DNA of 64,000 nt from Minisyncoccota bacterium (GTDB lineage: Bacteria; Patescibacteriota; Minisyncoccia; Phycocordibacterales; UBA9973): positions 479,515-543,514 of the forward strand of contig JBAZVG010000001.1 in NCBI GenBank assembly GCA_041661005.1. The letters are read 5' to 3'. The position numbers were made by a program, and so were the translations under genes. Shown here piece by piece: positions 10,054-17,189 of this stretch. Within the stretch, counting starts at the first letter, position 1. Each line of letters begins with the position of its first letter. Below the pieces are notes generated by a model that was not told the DNA's origin, searched no databases, and was given only the letters and a program-made list of their open reading frames with translations.

Positions 10054-10395
10054 ATGAAAAATACATACATTGTGGCGTTAATAATCTCAATAACAGTGGT
10101 AGGAATTGGTGCATTCACCATGAAAACCAATGACGCTTTTGCTCAGTATTACGAAAACAGAATCCCGTTTACACCTAAAGCGCAATTTGTTAACAAAACA
10201 AAAACAGACAGAAAATTTCCTCCTTATGAAATAAACGGAAACAGTAAAATTTTCAGGTCGCCACTCATGTCCGAAAGAATTTTTGTCAATCCGGCAACAA
10301 AAAATGTAAACACTAGTAATTTCAAATTCCAATCTACAAATACAAATTACTACGCTCCAAATAGTGTATATAAAATCAAAGCTTCAACAAAATAA
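10054..10395 (+). CDS. Hypothetical secreted protein
   Basis: N-terminal hydrophobic segment; TTGCAA-17-TATAAT promoter 6 nt upstream. Confidence 0.6.
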   Translation: MKNTYIVALIISITVVGIGAFTMKTNDAFAQYYENRIPFTPKAQFVNKTKTDRKFPPYEINGNSKIFRSPLMSERIFVNPATKNVNTSNFKFQSTNTNYYAPNSVYKIKASTK

Positions 10396-10408
10396 AAAGA
10401 TATTTAAC

Positions 10409-10442
10409 AAAAAAAAAAGACCGGGTTAACCCGGTTTTTTTT
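10409..10442. terminator. Bidirectional intrinsic terminator
   Basis: A-run, ACCGGG-TTAA-CCCGGT hairpin, T-run, between converging ORF and tRNA. Confidence 0.8.
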
Positions 10443-10446
10443 GATG

Positions 10447-10533
10447 CGGACAGAGTGGGATTCGAACCCACGGTTCTTTTAAAGGAACGGCGGTTTAGTA
10501 AACCGCTGGTTTAAACCACTCACCCATCTGTCC
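10447..10533 (-). tRNA. tRNA-Ser, anticodon ACT (ACU)
   Basis: GGACAGA/TCTGTCC acceptor, GGT/ACC D stem, GCGGT-TTACTAA-ACCGC anticodon arm, long variable arm, GTGGG-TTCGAAT-CCCAC, G73. Confidence 0.9.
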
Positions 10534-10636
10534 TTAAGATGTTCCGAGTGTAGCATAAAAAATTAAAAAATACATGGAAAAGTACAGATAATGTGTTAGA
10601 GTAATTACGTAATTAAATATGTAATTAATTACGTAT

Positions 10637-10725
10637 GGAGCCGTGTCAGAGTGGTCTAACGTACCTCTTTGCTAAAGAGGCAGGGGCTTCAAAACCCCTC
10701 GGCGGTTCGAATCCGCCCGGCTCCG
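10637..10725 (+). tRNA. tRNA-Ser, anticodon GCT
   Basis: GGAGCCG/CGGCTCC acceptor, CCTCT-TTGCTAA-AGAGG, long variable arm, GGCGG-TTCGAAT-CCGCC. Confidence 0.92.
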
Positions 10726-10902
10726 CAAATTTGAACGTAGTGAAAACTGCGGAACGGCCCTAATATACTCAAGTATATTAGGGAGGATTCGAACGGCGAA
10801 ATGTAAAATTTTCAGCAGAAAATTTTATGAGTCGGTGCCCAGACAAATTTTTTGTGACGACAATAAATTTAGTCGAGGGAGAAATTCCGCCCGGCTCCGC
10901 CA
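10726..10902 (+). mobile_element. ~175-bp structured element behind tRNA-Ser(GCT) ending in a duplicated tRNA 3' end
   Basis: TCCGCCCGGCTCCGC repeated at 10712-10726 and 10886-10900; internal hairpins incl. AAAATTTTC-AGCA-GAAAATTTT. Confidence 0.65.
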
Positions 10903-10917
10903 AAATATCATTCTTTG

Positions 10918-11280
10918 TTAGACCTTATTTTTCGCCACACGCAGACCTTTTTTAACTATTTTGTTTACATCTTTCCACTCGTCCTTTAATTTGTCAGCAA
11001 AAGATTTTATTTCCTTCTCATGCATTTTGTATTGTTTAGCATAATTCTTTGAAATCACATCCACTGCCTTGTGATACAAAGGAACAGAAACTTCTTTGGC
11101 TTTTTTAACTTCACTCGCTACTTCTTTCTTCATTTTAACCAAAAGCGCTCCCGCTTTCTTCTGATGCACTTTCGCCTTAGGACCAAAAAGATAATACGCT
11201 CCGGCGCTAGCCACACTCGCCGCCACTACCCCCGCCCCAATTGCCATTTTTTTACCTGTAGACATTTTTTTATTTTTCAT
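10918..11280 (-). CDS. Hypothetical basic membrane-anchored protein (YtxH-like architecture)
   Basis: Ala/Gly-rich TM segment then Lys-rich helix. Confidence 0.6.
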   Translation of the reverse strand: MKNKKMSTGKKMAIGAGVVAASVASAGAYYLFGPKAKVHQKKAGALLVKMKKEVASEVKKAKEVSVPLYHKAVDVISKNYAKQYKMHEKEIKSFADKLKDEWKDVNKIVKKGLRVAKNKV

Positions 11281-11304
11281 AGTATTTGTATTTAACTTTA
11301 TAAT

Positions 11305-11577
11305 TTATTTTAATTTTGATTTTTGTGAAACTTTCTTTTTTTTCTTAAAGAATTTAGTAAGAAATTGAAACAAGCCACTTTCTCTCACCTCTTCCAAAAT
11401 CTCCTTTGTGGTATCTCCAATATTATTTATATCTTCTTCTGCTTTATCCATAATCCTAGAGAAAGTACAACTTACACGAATAAGGTAAAACAAAAGTATA
11501 GCCACCATTATTCCTAAAATGATAAATCCGACCGAAGAGATAAAAAAGAAGACTTGTGATTGTAAAAGCGAGTTCAT
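11305..11577 (-). CDS. Small membrane protein (start revised to MNSLL)
   Basis: One TM helix plus coiled coil; TGCTATAAT 6 nt upstream of the ATG. Confidence 0.6.
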   Translation of the reverse strand: MNSLLQSQVFFFISSVGFIILGIMVAILLFYLIRVSCTFSRIMDKAEEDINNIGDTTKEILEEVRESGLFQFLTKFFKKKKKVSQKSKLK

Positions 11578-11596
11578 GAGTATATTATAGCACAAT

Positions 11597-13936
11597 ATGG
11601 AGCTCCACGACAAACTTGAATTAAAATTCCGTTTAGACATAAACCAAAAGAAAGCCCTGCACCGGTTGAAACTTTTCTCCGTATCGGATTTGCTTTTTCA
11701 CTTCCCTGTTCGATACAGCGATATCAGTGAAGTAAAGAAAATTTCTGAATTAGTCCCGGGTGATATGGCGACAGTCTACGGAAAAGTTTCAAATCTAAAA
11801 ACTAAAAAGGGATTCCGGTCAAAAATTCCTATGGCGGAAGGCACTATTGAAGATCTTTCCGGTAAAATAAAAATTACTTGGTTCAATCAGGCATATCTAG
11901 CCAAAATGATCCACGAAGGCGACACGGTGAAGCTGACTGGCAAAGTAACGGCGAGCAAGAGTGGGACATACTTAGCCAACCCAGAATTTGAAAAGATGCT
12001 GGATATGCCGATCGACTCGCACAACACGCTCTTTCGTCAAAGGGCATCTTTGACAAGCATGTCAAAGATGCCCTTTGACATTGGACTTTCCTATCCCATT
12101 TACGCGGAAACTCGCGGAATAACCAGCAAGTGGTTTTACCACGCAATAGAAAAAATACTGCGAGAAAAGACGTTGGATAATGTTTTAGATTATATTCCCT
12201 CAGATATTTTAAATAGATATCATTTGCCTATGCTCAAAACAGCTCTTGTATGGATTCATAAGCCCAAAAATGCGAAGGACGCGGAATCAGCCCGCAAAAG
12301 ATTCGCATTCGAAGAAGTCTTCTGCATCCAGTTGGAACGTCAGCATGATAAATTTGAATATAGGAAAAATAAATCTTTTCAAGTAAAAACAGATAATAAA
12401 AAAACAGGAGAATTTTTGGAACGCTTTCCTTGGGGGCTGACTAATTCGCAAAAAAAATCCATTGAAACCATACTGGGAGATATGGCAAAATCTTTTCCGA
12501 TGTCGAGACTCCTCGAAGGCGACGTCGGTTCAGGAAAAACCGCCGTCGCGGCCACAGCCGCATATACTGTGGTAAATACTAGACCCTTCGACTTTGCTCA
12601 GGGCAAACTCCAAAGCTTTGGGAGTTTGCAAGTGGCCTACATGGCGCCCACAGAAATTCTAGCGACTCAGCATTTTGAATCTTTTATACAGTATTTTTCA
12701 CCCCGCCCAGAAACGGGCGGGGCAAGCATTCCCATAAATATCGGGCTCATCACCGGAAGCGGTTGCCGAAAATTTCCCTCAAAATTAAATCCTGAAGGAT
12801 TCACCACCATCTCTCGCGCGCAACTTTTGAAATGGGTAGCTAATGGAGAAATACCTATCCTGATCGGCACTCATGCTCTTATTCAAAAAACTGTTAAATT
12901 TAAAAACCTAGCGCTAGTTGTGATTGATGAACAGCACAGATTCGGCACGGCGCAAAGAAGAAAATTGGTCAGAAAGGATACAAAAGGAAACATAAGCGCT
13001 CCACACTTACTTTCGATGACAGCCACCCCCATCCCCCGCACGCTTGCGCTCACTATCTATGGAGATTTGGATTTGTCATTGCTTAATGAAATGCCTCCGG
13101 GAAGAAAACAGGTAATTACAGAAATTATTACGCCAAACAAGCGCGCAGAAACTTATGAAAAAATTCGCTCTGAATTAAAAAATGGTCGGCAACTTTACGT
13201 GATTTGTCCGAGAATTTTTGAGGCGGAAAGCGAAGGAGGAGATGTTCCCGAGCGAACCCTTGGAAGGAGCGACGGCGACGGACAGAGAAAATTTTCAGCA
13301 GAAAATTTTCGTGGTGAGTCCGGGAATATCTCCTCCTTCGCTAAATTGGAAATGAAAGCGGTCACCACTGAGGCTAAAAGACTCAAAAAAGAAATCTTTC
13401 CTGAATATGAAATAGGCATCTTGCACAGTAAGATGAGTAAGGAAAAAAAAGAAGAAGTAATGCAAAAATTCACTGAAAATAAAATAAACATTCTTTGCGC
13501 CACATCCGTGGTAGAAGTCGGAGTAAATGTCCCTAACGCCACCGTCATAATTATAGAAGGCGCAGAACGTTTTGGTTTGGCGCAATTGCATCAGCTTCGC
13601 GGACGTGTGATCCGAAGCACGCATCAAGCTTATTGCTTTATTTTCGCGGAAGCCAAAAGTGCTAAAACGATGGAAAGATTAAAAGCATTAAAAACCGCTA
13701 AAAATGGTTTTGAACTGGCAGAACTAGACCTCACCCTTCGTGGCGCGGGAGAGCTCGGAGGCACCAAACAATGGGGCATCACTGACCTCGGAATGGAAGC
13801 GATTAAAAATATCAGAATGGTAGAAGCCGCTCGCACGGAAGCCATTCGCTTAATCGAAGAAGACCCGGAACTCACTAAATATCCCCTTTTGAAACAAAAA
13901 GTTCACCAAAAAGCGGGTGAATTCCATTTCGAGTAA
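11597..13936 (+). CDS. recG: ATP-dependent DNA helicase RecG with four in-frame palindromic insertions
   Basis: GDVGSGKT, MAPTEILA.QH, DEQHRFG, MTATPIPRTL, ERFGLAQLHQLRGRV. Confidence 0.97.
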   Translation: MELHDKLELKFRLDINQKKALHRLKLFSVSDLLFHFPVRYSDISEVKKISELVPGDMATVYGKVSNLKTKKGFRSKIPMAEGTIEDLSGKIKITWFNQAYLAKMIHEGDTVKLTGKVTASKSGTYLANPEFEKMLDMPIDSHNTLFRQRASLTSMSKMPFDIGLSYPIYAETRGITSKWFYHAIEKILREKTLDNVLDYIPSDILNRYHLPMLKTALVWIHKPKNAKDAESARKRFAFEEVFCIQLERQHDKFEYRKNKSFQVKTDNKKTGEFLERFPWGLTNSQKKSIETILGDMAKSFPMSRLLEGDVGSGKTAVAATAAYTVVNTRPFDFAQGKLQSFGSLQVAYMAPTEILATQHFESFIQYFSPRPETGGASIPINIGLITGSGCRKFPSKLNPEGFTTISRAQLLKWVANGEIPILIGTHALIQKTVKFKNLALVVIDEQHRFGTAQRRKLVRKDTKGNISAPHLLSMTATPIPRTLALTIYGDLDLSLLNEMPPGRKQVITEIITPNKRAETYEKIRSELKNGRQLYVICPRIFEAESEGGDVPERTLGRSDGDGQRKFSAENFRGESGNISSFAKLEMKAVTTEAKRLKKEIFPEYEIGILHSKMSKEKKEEVMQKFTENKINILCATSVVEVGVNVPNATVIIIEGAERFGLAQLHQLRGRVIRSTHQAYCFIFAEAKSAKTMERLKALKTAKNGFELAELDLTLRGAGELGGTKQWGITDLGMEAIKNIRMVEAARTEAIRLIEEDPELTKYPLLKQKVHQKAGEFHFE
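13229..13342 (+). repeat. 114-bp in-frame palindromic element in recG
   Basis: 22-bp terminal inverted arms (one G-T pair) around GCGACGGCG and AAAATTTTCAGCAGAAAATTTT. Confidence 0.85.
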
Positions 13937-13947
13937 TTCAAAAGTTG

Positions 13948-14217
13948 TCATTTCACTTCATCCAAGATGATTTTTTCTGCTGCCTCCGGGTCAAATCTAT
14001 AATTATTCTCCAAATTTGTCTTTACTTCATTCGCTCTATCTATCGCATCTTGTCCTTTTTCGATTATATTCTTTCCATCCTTATCGCCAGTAAATAAATC
14101 CGTGCGTATAATAAAAGTGAAAATGATCACCAATCCGATCATAAGCAATAAAAGTCCTATGTATCCGCCGTTTAAGCTATTTTTGTTTTTTATATATACT
14201 ATGTATTCTTTGAACAT
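13948..14217 (-). CDS. Hypothetical single-TM protein (pilin-like N-terminal GGYIGLL)
   Basis: ORF with hydrophobic helix; annotated ATG abuts the att core. Confidence 0.5.
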   Translation of the reverse strand: MFKEYIVYIKNKNSLNGGYIGLLLLMIGLVIIFTFIIRTDLFTGDKDGKNIIEKGQDAIDRANEVKTNLENNYRFDPEAAEKIILDEVK

Positions 14218-14218
14218 C

Positions 14219-14447
14219 TTGTCCTCTTATCTTAACCTTTGCGCGAACCTTTTTCGAGAATCAAATGAAGTAATGCGCACGCTCCGCGTGCATCATTTCT
14301 CGAAAGCAATTACTACGCTCTGATAATGTGGTAACTCAATGAACTCCGCCACGCGCGATTACGCGCGTCTGCCCTCGCCTCGCCACCGTTTCCATGCATA
14401 TATTATTTCGCGGGGGTTTCTTTTGATTTGGTATGGGTGGCGGGCGA
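14219..14447 (+). repeat. 229-bp inverted repeat, arm A (partner 25925-26153)
   Basis: Reverse complement matches with one substitution seen. Confidence 0.95.
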
Positions 14448-14470
14448 GGTCAGGTTTCTTCAAAGAAGAA

Positions 14471-14954
14471 ACGGCGAAATTCAAAATACAAATTCAAATC
14501 ATTGTCTCGGGCATTATACCATTTTTCTATTTTGGTGGTCACGCAAAGTTTTGAGGTGCACCCTCGGCATTCGCCTCGGGCATTTCCGCTAGGGCTACGA
14601 GTGCCTAGATGCCTATGAGCGGGCAAGCAAAATAACCGAACGGCTCAAATACCAGTAAATGAGCCGTTCACTCGATTGCCCGCAACTTCTTGGGGAGAGG
14701 AAGTTTCCTCTCCCCGGGTCGGGCTACTCTGGGATTACCCAGAGTTCTGCCCTCGCCATCCCCACTCTACGTTTTTCAATATTGTGTTTAGTGTGTAGCT
14801 TTCGCTTTCGAGAATGCATTTCAATTCGGGTCAGGCACTCGTCCTTTAGCCGTGGCCACCCTAGCGGAAATGCCCAAGGCGGAAAATGCAAATGCACTTG
14901 ACCCACCCACCCATTCGCGTGCAAATTTTCGCCGTGAGGAAAAAGGGACGGCGA
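14471..14954. ncRNA. Candidate large structured RNA (or ssDNA structure) of the element
   Basis: Nested long-range helices, e.g. 14578-14594/14859-14875 (17 bp perfect), 14597-14606/14833-14842, plus several inner hairpins; GC-rich, no credible ORF. Confidence 0.55.
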
Positions 14955-14963
14955 CTCCCTTAT

Positions 14964-15131
14964 TTATAAATCATCTTTCAATTCAATAGCTTCTTCTTCG
15001 TCTAGTCCTTCCGTATCCATAATTTCTTTTACATGTTCAGCTTCATCTTGATCCAGTCCGTGATTTTCCATAAGTTCCACAACTTCTTCGTCAATTTCTT
15101 CTCCATTTTCATTTTTAATTTCTTCATCCAT
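14964..15131 (-). CDS. 55-aa very acidic protein (absent from ORF track)
   Basis: MDEEIKNENGEEIDEEVVELMENHGLDQDEAEHVKEIMDTEGLDEEEAIELKDDL; starts 4 nt after the upstream stop. Confidence 0.75.
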   Translation of the reverse strand: MDEEIKNENGEEIDEEVVELMENHGLDQDEAEHVKEIMDTEGLDEEEAIELKDDL

Positions 15132-15135
15132 TTTT

Positions 15136-15804
15136 TTATATTTCAGAATAAAATACTGAATGCCCAGTTTTTCCGTTCTGTTTTATTTTTCCTTCTTTCT
15201 CTAATTGTGAAAGGTATCTAGTTGCAGTTGCATCAGACACATGCAAAAACTTTTCTACTTCGTCGTTGGTGACTCGTGGTGAGCTTGTCGAACCATTTTT
15301 ATTTTCAAACAAAGACATGACACGATCTAGTTTCTTTCTTTTTCTGAATTGAATCGCATTTCTAGCTGTGATTAGAAGTTCGCGAGCTAGATTAGATTTA
15401 GGTTGCTCACTCACAGGCTTCGCCTGTTCGTTTTGAGAAGTTTCCGGTTCTTTCAACGGCTCATTTACTGGTATTTGAGCCGTTGGAGGTTCAATAGCTT
15501 GGACGGGTTCAAAAACTGACTCAATTGAGGGTTCATTTGTCCCGTTAGAGGTAGGATTTGCTTGCATATCCGTTGGCTCTAATGGGATTGCTTCTTCTGG
15601 TGTAGGGGTAGAATTTGAGGGTGGTATATTAGTACTTTCATCACTAAAACCCTCCCTAGAAGCTTCCGGGGCTTCAGGAAGCACTTCGACAGGCTCGGAA
15701 TCTATGGGTGGAATAGGTGCATCAGCCATAGGCTCTTGGGGGCTTGGTGGAATAGAGTTTTCTTCGGGAATTGGTTTTTGGGTTGTATTTTGTTCGTCGG
15801 ACAT
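15136..15804 (-). CDS. Pro/Glu-rich disordered protein with C-terminal winged HTH
   Basis: VTNDEVEKFLHVSDATATRYLSQLEKEGKI..G.TG wHTH. Confidence 0.8.
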   Translation of the reverse strand: MSDEQNTTQKPIPEENSIPPSPQEPMADAPIPPIDSEPVEVLPEAPEASREGFSDESTNIPPSNSTPTPEEAIPLEPTDMQANPTSNGTNEPSIESVFEPVQAIEPPTAQIPVNEPLKEPETSQNEQAKPVSEQPKSNLARELLITARNAIQFRKRKKLDRVMSLFENKNGSTSSPRVTNDEVEKFLHVSDATATRYLSQLEKEGKIKQNGKTGHSVFYSEI

Positions 15805-15805
15805 A

Positions 15806-16681
15806 TTATTTCCCTAATTCTTCTAAATTAATGAACGGATTGGTATATTCTATACCTTTTGGTATAAATCTAATTGATTCTTCATAACATTTTTTTGCTT
15901 CCTCTGGCTTACCCGTCTCAGCAAATAATACCCCAATATTATTATATATATTTGAGTAATGAAGATTAGACTTTAATACAAGATAAAAAGAACTAAAATA
16001 TGCTGGGAGTATGTAGCGATTCATTTCTTGGTCATCATGTAAAGCAACACCCATCATTGGGTTGTCTTGAACAATTTTTTGTGCAGTTTCTCCCGTAGGA
16101 AATCTAAGTGCTCTTACTCTATCTTTAATAGCATTTTTATGAGCAATCCTCGTAGCTAAATCTACCCATCCTTCCTCTTTCTCGCCAGTATAATTAAAAT
16201 CTCTTCCTTTTAAATTAGTAAATTGTAATGGCTCATTTTTAATCTCCTCATAAACTTTTTGTCCGAGTATTTCTAGTGCTGCGTTATAGTTTTTTAATGA
16301 ATTTACTGTGTCCCCATTTAGCTTATATGTTAATGCCAAACTATTTAGTGTATCCACTATTTGAGTTCGAGAGATATTTTCTTTAGTTTGAATTACTATT
16401 TCTAGATACTTAATTGCTTTTTTATATTCTCCTTTCGTCTGGTAAATAATACCTAACTCAAAATTTAACTGACTGGAATCAGGATATTTTGAAATAGCTT
16501 TTTGGCAAACTTCTTCTGATTTATCTAAACGTCCCAACTTACGATTAACATGGACTAAAAAATACCAATAATCCATATCATCAATATATTCTGACTTAAT
16601 CGATATTAAGAAACTTTCAGCGGTGGAATAATCTTTATTTTTTATATAGTACTCAAGTTGTTGATGGTGTGTATCTGTCAT
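15806..16681 (-). CDS. TPR-repeat protein
   Basis: ELGIIYQTKGEYKKAIKYLE, NNIGVLFAETGKPEEAKKCYEESI. Confidence 0.85.
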   Translation of the reverse strand: MTDTHHQQLEYYIKNKDYSTAESFLISIKSEYIDDMDYWYFLVHVNRKLGRLDKSEEVCQKAISKYPDSSQLNFELGIIYQTKGEYKKAIKYLEIVIQTKENISRTQIVDTLNSLALTYKLNGDTVNSLKNYNAALEILGQKVYEEIKNEPLQFTNLKGRDFNYTGEKEEGWVDLATRIAHKNAIKDRVRALRFPTGETAQKIVQDNPMMGVALHDDQEMNRYILPAYFSSFYLVLKSNLHYSNIYNNIGVLFAETGKPEEAKKCYEESIRFIPKGIEYTNPFINLEELGK

Positions 16682-16694
16682 AAATTATTTTTAT

Positions 16695-17153
16695 TTACAC
16701 AACTTCTCCTAAACTAGAAACAAAAACTCCGACCGGCTCTTTCACTATTTTTACCTCAGTGATTACTAACGGTATGAAATTCTCGTCTGTTTTTGAAGAC
16801 TTTTCAGGGTCGCCTAATTTGCAAGTAAGTGCTACTCCCTCAATTCTTAGTAATATTGGGGAATCAGAAAAATTAACAACAACTGGCTGATTAGTTTGTT
16901 TTTGTATTTGCTCAGTAAGCGCTAATTTATTAATAAGCTTAAACTCTTGAAAAATATATATAAACACTTTTAAAACTTCGTCATTAAAATTAAACGAGGC
17001 AACCATTCCATTTATGTTAGCTGTAATACTCGAAGTATGATCTGGATATAATATTAAATCTAATGGAACAAAACTATCCGTAATTACAATCTTTCCATTT
17101 TTGGGAAGCCCAGTGTCTTTTATAAAGGAACCAAAATCTTTTTTGAATATCAT
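16695..17153 (-). CDS. Hypothetical protein
   Basis: 152-aa ORF co-oriented within the operon. Confidence 0.65.
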   Translation of the reverse strand: MIFKKDFGSFIKDTGLPKNGKIVITDSFVPLDLILYPDHTSSITANINGMVASFNFNDEVLKVFIYIFQEFKLINKLALTEQIQKQTNQPVVVNFSDSPILLRIEGVALTCKLGDPEKSSKTDENFIPLVITEVKIVKEPVGVFVSSLGEVV

Positions 17154-17189
17154 AATTTTTTTATTTGTAAATTATTTTTCATTAGTTCT

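Noticed and set aside
10726-10885. tRNA intron in tRNA-Ser(GCU)
   Set aside because: The tRNA is complete before the insert and no group I core was recognised; treated as a downstream element
14339-14924. Short ORFs 14339-14554, 14433-14618, 14659-14901, 14724-14924
   Set aside because: They overlap on both strands in a GC-rich repeat/structured region and have no protein-like features
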